Assembly (NCBI GenBank): GCA_002189035.1
Contig: CM007989.1
Coordinates: 992,001 to 1,056,000 of the forward strand
Direction: 5' to 3'
DNA from: Utricularia gibba
Lineage: Eukaryota; Plantae; Magnoliophyta
Length of the DNA: 64,000 nt
Shown here: positions 25,037 through 35,892 of the stretch, in pieces
Position numbering within the stretch: position 1 is the first letter of the stretch
How the letters are laid out: the number at the start of each line of letters is the position of its first letter
Notes under the pieces: model-generated
Databases searched by the model: none
What the model was told of the DNA's origin: nothing
What the model saw: the letters and a program-made list of their open reading frames with translations, nothing else
Translations under genes and position numbers: made by a program

Positions 25037-25042
<6 letters not shown>

Positions 25043-25078
<36 letters not shown>
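25043..25078. repeat. (TA)18 microsatellite
   Basis: Seen directly in the sequence. Confidence 0.9.
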
Positions 25079-25083
<5 letters not shown>

Positions 25084-25737
25084 TTTAATTTTTTTTACTT
25101 TTTATAATTTGGTATACTTTGTAAGAGGTAAGTTTTCGATCTGAAACATAATTTCACCAATTCGGAACAACTCCGATTAACTAACCGAATTGATCGAATT
25201 TGAAATATCGATTAATAGGTTTGACTTACGGAGTTGATTTTAGAGATTCAAAATGCGGTAGCGGTTCCTCCACAACATTTGCATATGAATCACAAATTTG
25301 ATCTCAATATCTTGACGCTCAAATTGATCCAAGTGCTCACCATGTGTCCTCAAATATATTAGAAAAATGAGTGTTTGTTAAAAGTTGTTTTTTATTGAGA
25401 AATAAATAATTATTTTAATAAATGATAATTGTCATTCTAAAATATAATAGAGTAAATGTAACTATCCGTCATTTTATTTTACAATATTATTTGTTTTGAA
25501 CATCTAATTTTTATGATTTTATGTTTTTTTTTTCTTTTATAAAACAAGACTTTATTCAAGATTAGGTAATATAACTTTTTATAAAAAGATTATTTATTAT
25601 AAAAAAATAATTTAATTTAATTGAAAAACATTTGCGTAAGACGTATCAAAAGCCAAAACTGAAGAAGGCCATTTACATTCATTCATGTATGACGTATGGC
25701 ATGATCTAATCTATGGTGTAACCAACTCCCTGTGTAG

Positions 25738-27442
25738 TCACGAACACGAGACGCTCCGTTTCTTCAAGCTCCAAAGGAGGCGCCTCGCATCTCCGAATCT
25801 GAACCCATTTCCCCAAAACGACGCAATGCACAGCCCCAATACGGCCATCGTGATCACAGAGCAAGCAGACGGCACGGCCTGCGTTGATCCGAGGAACTGC
25901 GTTGCCAAGAGCCCCGCAAGAGTCGAGCTTTGCATCCCTGTGCAGAGTGATATTGTCCTGCAAGCTTCTTCATTCATCCTGCTGCAGCACAAGGGAGTTA
26001 GCAGTGATTCTTGTGTGTCGAGTGATGATGGAGGGAAATGGGTTTCAGATACTTACCTCGCCGGTTGAAGCTTACTGATCCAGTACCCCAGAGTGAATGC
26101 CATGGTGTGGAATGACAGAACAGGGAGAATCAGCTGTAAACCTTCTGTAGAAAGGATCTGGTTCCTGTTTATAGCAAGGGGGCTTCCGATGCACATTGAG
26201 GTGCAGATCATTGCCACGAGCGGCATCAATGGTTGCAGAAGAGATACGACTGGTTTGGCGAAGGTATTCAGCAGCAAGCCCAGAGCTATAGGAGCAATAA
26301 CTACCTGAAATTTCAACAATTGCAAGAGGTTTTCAAGAATGTATCTTGAATGAGGTTCTTGAGCAGGTAATCATACCTGCAAAATGGATTTGGACATGGC
26401 TATGGCGTCCACAGGAACAACTGAGCCAATAAGAAACCCGGTTAAGACCGGAGTAATGAGAACGGAAGCGATGGTGGATGTGCTGGTCAGAAGGATGCTC
26501 AAGGCCACATCTCCTTTGCTCAAGAAGCTGGCATAACTGGACAGCTGAGCTCCAGAAACGCATGAAGTAAGAATGAAACCAGCATAGAACATTGGAGGTA
26601 AGCCAAAAGCCTGTGCTATAATGACCCCAAGAGCTGGTTTGATAAGATATTGAGCAACCAATCCAATGGACAATGGCAAGGGCCTGTAATGAGGAGAGAG
26701 GGGGGTTAGAACTGGTGTAATGGCTGTTTGAGAGAAAAGGGGTTATCACCTTTTAACTGCTAGAGCAAAATCATGTACAGAAAGCTTGATGCCAATTGAC
26801 AGCATGATCCCTCCAAGTGCTGGAGCATACAGTTCTTTGGATACCCTGCAGATTCCTCTGTCATTTACATAAAATTCTGAGACATACACTTGAAAGAAAA
26901 CCCATAAGCTCATGTTCTCTGATTGAAAAAATTGCACTAAGGGAAGCACGGTAATTCATCAGAATCGCTCACAAAGTAGGCGTAACAAGAAACCAGAGTT
27001 TTGAACACCATTCAAGAGTAAAAACTTGGAAATCTCAGGCGAGGCAGATATGTGTTTATCGGACTCACCATGTGAAAGTTGAAGGCTTGGAAAGTGCAGC
27101 CACCGCTGTTAGAACTACCACAAAGGGAAGAAAAGCAGATAAAACATGAGAACCCTCGGAATCCTCATCCGCTTCCATAGCGATTTTCGGGTCTACGCCA
27201 AAAGAGAGAAGCGTGAAATTCCCTTCCCTTCGATGCCACCCAACCTTCCCGATAAAGGGCGACGAGGTTGAACACGCAACAACAGAACATACGCCTCCTT
27301 TAACATTCCTTCTACCCACAGAAACCCTTTTGCGGATTAAGGGACAGAATTGATCTTCAACACGAAACGACGACGATTTCTGTGGCTGCAACAATATAAC
27401 CTTGGGAGTACTGAGAGTCGAAACACACTGTATTCCTGACAT
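25738..27442 (-). CDS. BASS3: Plastid sodium/metabolite cotransporter, BASS3-like (bile acid:sodium symporter family), 5 exons
   Basis: A transit peptide is followed by YAPALGGIMLSIGIKLS, QYLIKPALG, VSGAQLSSYASFLSKGDVALSILLTS and RTISLCTGMQSSTLAGLLA. Confidence 0.88.
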
Positions 27443-27520
27443 TTTCAAACGGGTACCGTGGAATTGATGCTAAAGTAAGCTCTCTCCCACCGGAGTAACC
27501 ACAGCCGCGAAGATAACGGC

Positions 27521-27536
27521 GGGGGACGTGGATAAG
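27521..27536. promoter_or_regulatory. ACGTGG plus GATAAG (I-box) light-response module upstream of BASS3
   Basis: The motifs are adjacent, about 90 bp upstream of the ATG. Function is inferred. Confidence 0.4.
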
Positions 27537-28567
27537 GTAACGCTGAGATTTGCTTCCCTCCCTGGGAACGAAGTGAAGCCACAGCTAAATAAGCAAGGAA
27601 TAACTCATCAACAAATGTATTACAAAAATCAAGAGAACCGTTGACTGTTTGCTTTACTTGTACATCGCAAACAGACTCTTGAAATAATTCTGTGGATACT
27701 ATAGGGCAGTATAATACCGTTGATATACTGTAAGAAAAAATGTACGATATCTCTTACTACCAATTCTGTCATTGTCGGGGTTATCTTTTTGAATCTTGAA
27801 TCTTCTCATTTCCCTTTGTGAAAACTATTCAAAACACTCCACCCCCCTCTCCCAAGGAAAAGAAAACAAGCTAAATCACCTGTTAGGAGTATTTGTTAAT
27901 CAAAAGCTGCATGCTGTGAAGGGTGACAGCTTGTTAGGTTATCTAACAGAAGAAGAGGAAAGAATGCATCATTACAGATTGTGTGAACTCATTATTCCAA
28001 AGAAAGAATGAAATGAACAGATCAGAGTACATATTGAACAGAATGAAACAGCCTGTGTGTGTCTGTCTTTAGTATGTAAGAACCAACACTGTCCCAACCC
28101 CTCCTTATTCATCATCATTCTTCATCTTTGGGCCCCTTGCCTCGTCTTCATTCATACCCAGCACCTTTGTGTTCACACAGTGACTTTATACACAAGAAGT
28201 TGAATCGTATGATTGAGCCAATGTGCATCGTTTTGATCATCCAAATCTACAAAATCGCAAGCTTCCCAGATTTCAAACTGCTGAATATACACTGGCTCTT
28301 TCCTAGTAGGATCTGAATTCAAAAAGGAAAACTCGGTGAACACCATTGTTCCAGAGAAACATCAGATTCACGATAAGAAGCAGATGAAAACGTAGAAAAA
28401 AGAGGGAAGATGCAAGCTTTTGGGAAGCTGCAACAACCATATTGAAAAATAGCACAAAGACCTGATTTTCAATCAGACAGAATACAAACACGAACTATCG
28501 GTGCAAGATATATAGTAGAAGTGATGAGTTCGTTCACCTTAGAAAAAATCTTGATTGTTCGCCATAC

Positions 28568-29041
28568 TCCCTGAGGATCTAGGTCCGGTGAAGCTACACA
28601 TTCTCTCGGAGTCTCAAAAGAAGAGAGCGAAAACTGCTTAGAAACGACGCTGACGTTGAAGTAAATCAACCCAGAACTGGGAATGTCAACTCGAATTTCA
28701 ACAACAGGAAGCCACAAAAACAAATCCATCGCTGATATCCCTGACACATCAATGATCTCCCCATACCGAATTATACCCGTCACATTCGTATCGTAGTGCA
28801 GTTCACTTTCGAACTTGGCATCGCAAGCGAAATCCAAGTAAACATGGAACCGCCCAGAATCATCCAGGCTAAAATTCTTCACCCCTTGAGGTAGTAACCC
28901 CACCGGAAGACCATGAAGTTTCAATACATCGTAAATCGAAGTTTCCGATTCGTTACCAGAAGCCACCGCAGTCAGAAACGGCGAACAGCACACCAACGCC
29001 CCAAGAATGAGATAACCAACGAGATGCCGTAACCACAGCAT
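28568..29041 (-). CDS. DUF538-family secreted protein, exon 1. The short 3' exon(s) are not resolved.
   Basis: A signal peptide is followed by SIYDVLKLHGLPVGLLPQGV..F.LDDSGRFHVYL..C.AKFE..HYD..VTG.IRYG.I..VSGISA..LFLWLPV. There is a GT donor at 28567. Confidence 0.85.
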
Positions 29042-30124
29042 TTTCCGGTACCCCCAGAACCCACCACCCAAATTTCCGCCACTTGCAAACTCCAGGCAGC
29101 CGTATCCCGATACGGCAGCGAAAGAATCCGATTCCGAAACAGGGGGTGATCAATTATTGGCTCTGAAAACTGGAACGCCGTGAAACAAACGGACGCAAAA
29201 TTTCGCAGCTGCGGGGCTCTGATTCCCTGATCCCCATGGTTTAATACGCCGGCCAATGGGGTCGTCCATCGTAGCAGATGTTAGGCACGTGGTGACTTGA
29301 GGCGCTAGGACAGCGCGTAAACCCAACCAAAATTTACCCACTTTTTTTTCTCTAGAAAAACAATTTAAAATGAAATATTAACCTAGTTTAATTAATTTTA
29401 ATTATAATAAATAAAGAATTGTTTTAATTAAGAATTTTGAAATATGGAATTAAAATCTTCTAGAAGATGTTGGAACACTGGCATTGTATGTACGTTGAGG
29501 GGAGGTGTCATTTGTATGGTGAGATGGGGAAAGAGCATGTGGACATGGCCCGGGGAGGAATGAGTGGTCATCATCATGATAACTAATATTGTTGTCTCTT
29601 CACCAAGAATGGAACCGATTTCCGGCCAGCACAGGGGCATATGCGCATGCTCTTCTCATTTGAGGGGGAAGAATTGTGTTGCTGTAAATTTGTGCCTTGT
29701 GGAGGACTGGTAGGTGATCTACTTCAATGTGAAAACCTTAGTGGAGAAGGTGAGTGTGTTTGCAAGTGTTTTTTGTGTTTTGAGGGAAAAGGGTACATCG
29801 CCATCATCATTAGATTGGGTTCTCGGAATGAGCTGTATTGCACTAGTTTGGAACACTTGCAGTGACCCTGTTTCGTTGTCTCTTGGATCTTCTTCCTTGG
29901 CTGCAAATGGGCCTTCCGGCTGAAATGGCGGGAGGAGGAAGGTTTTTGCCATTTTTATTGCCAGTTGTAATGTTGACCAGAGTTTTAAAAAAAACACTTT
30001 GTTAAATGTTACCACAAGGGGTGAATGTAGACCCACTGGTTTGGCTTCGGAGCCCATCTCCTTTTGTTGGTGTTCCTCGTCGTCCTCGATCTGTTCGTGC
30101 CGCCCTTGTCCCTAAAGCGAAAAT

Positions 30125-30345
30125 GTAAGTCCTGGAAATTTGCGTATTCCCGTGGAATCTAATGTGATTTTGATTGCGAAAACTGAGTTCTTGTTTCGAC
30201 ATTTGGGTTGTTGCTTTCCGTTGATTCTCCGAGTGGGTAAGTCCAAAAAATTCGCATATTTCCGATGGAATCTAATCTGATTTTGATTTCGAAAACCTAG
30301 TTCTTGTTCGGACACTGGGGGTGTTGCTTTCCGTTAATTCTCTGG
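30125..30345 (+). repeat. Imperfect tandem duplication with a unit of about 112 bp, in the HYD1 leader/intron region
   Basis: Both units start with GTAAGTCC (30125 and 30237). They share GGAATCTAAT.TGATTTTGATT.CGAAAAC..AGTTCTTGTT..GACA.TGGG.TGTTGCTTTCCGTT.ATTCTC. Confidence 0.9.
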
Positions 30346-30484
30346 GTTTCGTTTGCATTTGTGTTTTTTTCTTTTCTGGGAAGATGATGGAATTTCAGCA
30401 GGAGAATTCCTTCTATCGAACCTTTTTGTGTGGCATTTGCTGCTCTGTTTACAAACATTATGACGCCTGCAGAAAACTAGAAAA

Positions 30485-31438
30485 ATGGGTAGCGAAACGG
30501 GATTCGAGCATCCTTACATTCCTAAAGATCTCAAATTGGATGGCTTTGTTCCTGGGTTTCTTTCACAATCGACCATTCTTGCCGTCTATGGCTTATCTTC
30601 TTTGCTGGTTGTCTCCTTCATGTGGATTTTATCAGGTTACACTTCACATTCATCATTTCAGTCAATGCCAACTCTTACCTATCAAGAGCAGTTACAGCAG
30701 AATAAGCTTAAGTTGTAGCAGCATCACTTGCTTTTTCTCAATGGGTTTCACTGTTCACCAGGATGGTTGCGCCGGATATCCAAAACGGATCGACTCCTCA
30801 TGTGCTGGTGGGTGTTCACGGGGCTAACTCACATCATCCTGGAAGGCTACTTTGCGTTCTCTCCAGAATTCTACAAGCACAAAACCCCACATTATCTTGC
30901 AGAAGTTTGTGAGTGTCCCTTTTCCACTCTTTTTAGAAGCAGCATTTGCACTCCAAGCACTGATAATCATTTCATCAGGGAAAGAGTACAGCAAAGGTGA
31001 TTCCAGATATGCAGGGCGTGATTCCGGGGTTGTAGCTGTTGAAGGGATCACAGCCGTTGTCGAGGGCCCTGCTTGCCTCCTCGCAGTGTATGCCGGCTAC
31101 CATTCACTGCAGCAATTGCAAGATAGAAATGAGAATTTCAGAGTCATTTTACGGTTCATTCTGCCTACTTGTTTTGCAGATATGCTATCGCAACGAAGAA
31201 GCCATATAGGTACATCCTTCAGATTGCGATTTCTCTGGGGCAGCTGTATGGAACGGCAGTGTACTTCATCACCTCTATGTTAGAAGGAGATAACTTTGCT
31301 GCCAGTCCTTTCTATTACTATGCTTACTATATAATAGCAAACATATGGTGGATTATAATTCCTACCATTATAGTTGTCCATAGCTGGAGGAAGATTTCTG
31401 CAGCTTTTCTCCTTGTTTCACATCAGAAGGCTAATTGA
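30485..31438 (+). CDS. HYD1: 3-beta-hydroxysteroid delta8-delta7 isomerase (EBP family), 4 exons
   Basis: The translation is [74 protein letters not shown]. Confidence 0.92.
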
Positions 31439-31626
31439 GTTATCTGGAGTTCCTCTTTGCCCTTGTATTAGTTACCCTTCAGACAGAACCGGATTGATGC
31501 GACAGTTGTTTCATAATTGCACTCTTTAACATTTCGAACCACAAGTTCATGTTGAAGTGGATTTCTCATTCATGTAACTTGAAACAACACAGAAACTGAT
31601 GATTCAGTTGGATGAGACACAAGGCT

Positions 31627-32918
31627 GATAACCAGCCAACTTTCCCTGAGTTTGCGCTTTCGTCATCAGATCTCTAGCTCTGTCTCTCTGAGAGCTCGGT
31701 TTCAGTGATCCCATTTGGTGTTTCCTCTTATGGAGCTTTGAGGGCTTCCCCTTGGTTGAAGCAGGCTGCATCGATGAACAGGGGCTATCAGCGTCAGACC
31801 ACGGCATCTTTTGTAAACAACTTTTAGTATTCGATAGCTGCCATGGAACAGGATCAAAGAAACGAAACCGAAAGGCAGACATACACAAGGATGTCGTACC
31901 TGATAGTAATGCAATGGCAGACAACTTTGTCTGATCCTCTCCTTGTCTGTTTCTCATCAGCTCTTCCTAGATTATCTCTGAAGGTGCAACATCCTTCCTG
32001 CCCGTTTTACACAAACCTTGCACGGCATTTTCAATCAAGCTCGTTGATTCGGACAATGCAGTCTGATCACCAGCCCAACTATTGCCGTATAAACTAAGTC
32101 ACTGTATCCATCACCAGAAATTGCAAATCCTGTGGTAGATTCTGCATTATGGTATGAATAATCAGCATTCGGGTCAATAGACTTCAGAATAAACAGCATT
32201 CCCGTTCATCAATATCACTGCCACCACCGTTTTCAAGATCGCCCTGAACACCAGAATAATCAAAATTTGGGTGAGTGGAGCTATCATAACCTGTGGCATT
32301 GGAATGATTATTCATGAATCCGCATCGAAGCTTGCAAATTCTTCCAGTTCTGTAACCGCGTTACCTTCAATGCTGATATTATTACCCGTCTCAATTTCAT
32401 GTCTACTGCTGGAACCCATGGCGGAAGATGCGGTTCTCAGAGTAGCTGATTGCTTCGGTGCTGGCAACTAGATAAGAAAGCCCCTATAGAATCAAATCGA
32501 CTGGTTCTTCTCCTGATTCGAATTTCCAGCATTATCACCATCATCATCGCTCTCGTCGAGTGACGCTTGAATTAAACCACCTTTCCAGAGGTACTAGAAG
32601 ACGCTTTGGGCTGAGGAAGTAGCGAAAACAGGGGTTTGGACTTGGAAATTTCCAACAGAACACTTTGGTGGCGGCAGATTTTTAACACATCCCCAGGCCC
32701 CGGAGGCGAATCAACAACGGAAGATTTCGGTGGCGGAAGAATTTTGAATGACTTTCCCTAGTTTTGACGTAGATTTGGGACGCAAATCACCGCCGTTCGA
32801 CTCCCCCTCCGCCATAGCCTCCAACTGAGTTGGCTTCTCACAGAACTGGAGCTGCAAAGCGAAATTTGTTCCTTCGTCTTCTTCATATGGAAACGTAATT
32901 TGCAATCGAGGAGACCAT
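31627..32918 (-). pseudogene. Decayed PRCC-like (proline-rich, spliceosome-associated family) gene that retains its intron (31766-31899)
   Basis: Recognisable fragments are MVSSIANYVS/EED, LPPPKS, LFSLLPQPK, KVV*FK, EII*EELMRNRQGEDQTKLSAIA, PASTKGKPSKLHKRKHQMGSL and TKAQTQGK-GW. There are premature stops at 32883-32885, 32572-32574 and 31967-31969, plus frameshifting indels. Confidence 0.8.
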
Positions 32919-32971
32919 CGATACAATTGGTGGAAGAGACGTTCAACGGTTTTTATTTTGTGAGTTCCAAA

Positions 32972-33018
32972 TCCCACATCGGAAGGTAACTTTAAAGGCT
33001 GGGGGAATTGGACTATAA
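32972..33018 (+). promoter_or_regulatory. snRNA promoter: USE TCCCACATCG (32972-32981) and TATA (33014-33018)
   Basis: The USE is the canonical plant sequence. The 32-nt USE-TATA spacing is typical of Pol II-transcribed snRNAs. Confidence 0.9.
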
Positions 33019-33046
33019 GAAAGGCTGCCCGTCCTTACTTACACTC

Positions 33047-33242
33047 ATACCTTTCTCGGCCTTTTGGCTAAGATCAAGTGTAGTATCTGTTCTTATCAGT
33101 TTAATATCTGATACGTGGGCCAATGGTCCACACGATATTAAATTAATTTTTATTGGGGGAAGGTCCAGTGGGCTAGCTTGCTAGCCCGGGCCTTCGCGCG
33201 TCGCCCTTGCGTTGCACTACTGCAAGGGCCTGGCGCACCTCA
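33047..33242 (+). ncRNA. U2: U2 spliceosomal snRNA
   Basis: The 5' sequence ATACCTTTCTCGGCCTTTTGGCTAAGATCAAGTGTAGTATCTGTTCTTATCAGTTTAATATCTGATA includes the branch-point recognition GUAGUA. An Sm-like site and the stem-loop IV loop TTGCACTA follow. The 3' end is approximate. Confidence 0.96.
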
Positions 33243-33335
33243 CCAAGTCCAGTCTATAATAATTTTGTCAACATATAACCCATTTTTGTACGGTGCTGAA
33301 GGCTCGATAAGAAACTTGTTGATACAAAATGGCTG

Positions 33336-34019
33336 TTACATGAAGAACGAAGCGTAGACAGCCGTGTAGACGTATACCAGAAGGGAGAATCCCACCGAGA
33401 CACACGCTGCAACAACAGTAGCCACTGATTCCCAGCTGCAAGAAAGCAAGCCGAGCTTCACCTCAACGAACTCCACTATCGAAAGGAGCAGGAACAAGCA
33501 TCCCAAGATGGAGCCGACAGCGGACCCGAAGAGCCCATATGTCACAAGCCACGACCCAACCGAGCCGTGTTGGGGGTTGGAACCCTGCGAACTGCTAGCC
33601 AAGTTGATCGCCAGCTTCAGGCTCATGGCTATGAAAGATGAGAACAGGAAGCAGGCAAAGGAAAGGACTTCATAGATGATAAGCCTCCGGACAACTTCTT
33701 CAGATGCGCTGCACGACGCCTTGTTGCCTGCGCCATCTCCACTTGGGGAGGTCATGGAGAGGCCGATGAAGACGGCCGTAGTGAAGAGTGCATTCACGTT
33801 CACTATACCGTCGAGGGCTGTCACGTGCATAGTTGTCTTTGTGCTGCTGCACATGGACCCGGAGGAGTCCGGAGTTCTGTCGTTCTCCGGTTGGCTCGTG
33901 ACTAGAGATTCCAGTACCGGCACGGTTTTTCTGTTCAACAAGTCACCGTAAACATCTCTTTTTTCTGGGAAGCAAACAAGCAAATGTCGATCGAGAGAGA
34001 AGGAGACTTACCCGTCCAT
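33336..34019 (-). CDS. Small multi-pass membrane protein, MEE60-like family. The tiny first exon (ATGGACGG) is tentative.
   Basis: The protein contains HVTALDGIVNVNALFTTAVFIGL, YEVLSFACFLFSSFIAMSLKLAINL and SAVGSILGCLFLLLSIVEFVEVKLGLLSC. The exon 1 acceptor is uncertain. Confidence 0.72.
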
Positions 34020-34693
34020 GATTCTGAGCTTCAAGAAGAGTAAGGTAATGCTTGATGTCTGTAGTGGATCGATCTATCTGAATGCAGGGGTGTTTGATAG
34101 GCAGGGGCGTGATGCCTTTTTATATGCAAACATTGATAACTCCTCATAAAAATGGAATATTTGATCTTTCAACATGGCGGCAGCCATGTGATTTTGGCAA
34201 AGAAAATGGCAAAATAGATATTTTTGTTAGCTGGGAAACCATACTTGACAAGTAGTCAAATTATGTCACATGATGAAAAGATGAAGGATCCATGGATAAG
34301 CATGGAGCGAGTGCTTCTTGTCTCTCTCGATGTACACGATTGCTGAGTCAACACGGCAATCTTCTCTATTCATTCCCTTACGCCAAAGTTGACGTCTTCA
34401 TTCCTTCGTGGTAGCTTGTACGCAGTGTTTCTTATTGTACTTTGAAGGTGATTGGAAAGGTTCGTGCGACGAGCACGTTTAATATTCATTCACTTGGATT
34501 CCGTATACCTAATCGTCCGTATTCGTCTTCCAATGAAAACCCAATTCGTGTCTTTGAAGCCTCTGTCGTGTTGGAAGTTCTAAGAGATGAAGACTGGATC
34601 TTGGAAAAGTTCATTGAATGCTCAGTATTGATTATTGAAATTTTGACAACAGGGAGCAGTCGGAGTAGATACAAGGTCGATGATGATGGTGTG

Positions 34694-35430
34694 TTACTTC
34701 ACATAGTAGGGAAGATCGAGGACATAGAGAAGGAAGTAAGCCCAGATGACACCAGATACACCGCCGAAGAAGAACCCTCCGGTGAACTTGGCCCATCCAT
34801 CAGCTGTCTGCAGCTGATCCGGCTCCTTTGTCCGCCCCGTCAGTGTCAGAGTCGGCGCCGTCGACGGCTCCCCTTCTTTGAATGAGGAAATCCCATAAAT
34901 TGTCAACACGATGCTCAGGATGACGACCAGCCCTCCAGCAGCCAATGACCCTGCTGCGCCGGCATATGGTGTATCACGAAGAGGCCCTGTCTTCACGAAC
35001 GGACCAACGAGGAGATACCCGTGTGCCAGGCCGACTTCAACTCCCCGGAGAAGAGGATTCACTGCTGTTCTGTAGGCCGGAAGGTTGGACAGAAACCATG
35101 CTATCAGAGGGCTGGATGTCACCGGAGTTTCCAAGCTTCCAATGAAGGGATCCCCGTTGATCGGCTGAATCACTTGGTATGTGGGCTGTGGAAAAGTTTA
35201 TCAGACATGGAGAGATCAGGGCATTTAACCCACAAATCAAAGGAAAAATTTAGCAGATGACTAACCTTTTCCGATTGGATAGCCTTGATGGTGAAGGAGG
35301 CTCTGCGAGATGGGAAGATTCTGAATGGGGAGCCTGAGATTCCCTTCGGCGAAGCAAGTGTTCTTGTGAGTGATGAAGCGACGAAGCTGCTCTTCAATTG
35401 GCTGGCCATTGTGGAAGCAGAGGTCGCCAT
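34694..35430 (-). CDS. PSAL: Photosystem I reaction centre subunit XI. Exons 35430-35266 and 35185-34694.
   Basis: A transit peptide is followed by [66 protein letters not shown]. Confidence 0.97.
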
Positions 35431-35573
35431 CTTCTTCTCTGGGAACTTGCCTCAAATCCAAGTATAAAATCTGAAACTCGCAAGGAAACTCAACTCCCCT
35501 ATTCACGATGACAAAAGCATCTTGTGTGGTCGGAGGGTGCTTCGTTGTCTGAATACGAGATTCTCATTGGCTG

Positions 35574-35610
35574 TTTGCTCAGCCATTCCTTATCTTCTTA
35601 TCCGCCACGG
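35574..35610 (-). promoter_or_regulatory. PsaL promoter with two I-boxes (GATAAG), an adjacent G-box half-site and a CCAAT
   Basis: CTTATC occurs at 35589-35594 and 35597-35602, GCCACG at 35604-35609, and ATTGG near 35566. Confidence 0.5.
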
Positions 35611-35892
35611 CGGGACCACCATTTCCGATCGAGCAGTTAAACTTTCCAACACTGCTGGAAACTGCTTCCGGCGAGGTAAAAACTCCGTTGAACATTCAAA
35701 AGGATTTTGTCAATTTCAGTCCAAATGGGTTGACATACAAATAGCCTCACAAGGTTAGGTGTTCTGTAATCCAATTATTCTCAACAGAAGCAACAGGTGG
35801 AGAGGGCGCATCGACCTTGGCATGATAGGCCGGAAATGGAAAAAAAAAACAGGTAGCACCCATGGAATGGGATCGCCTGCAGATGCTCCTCA

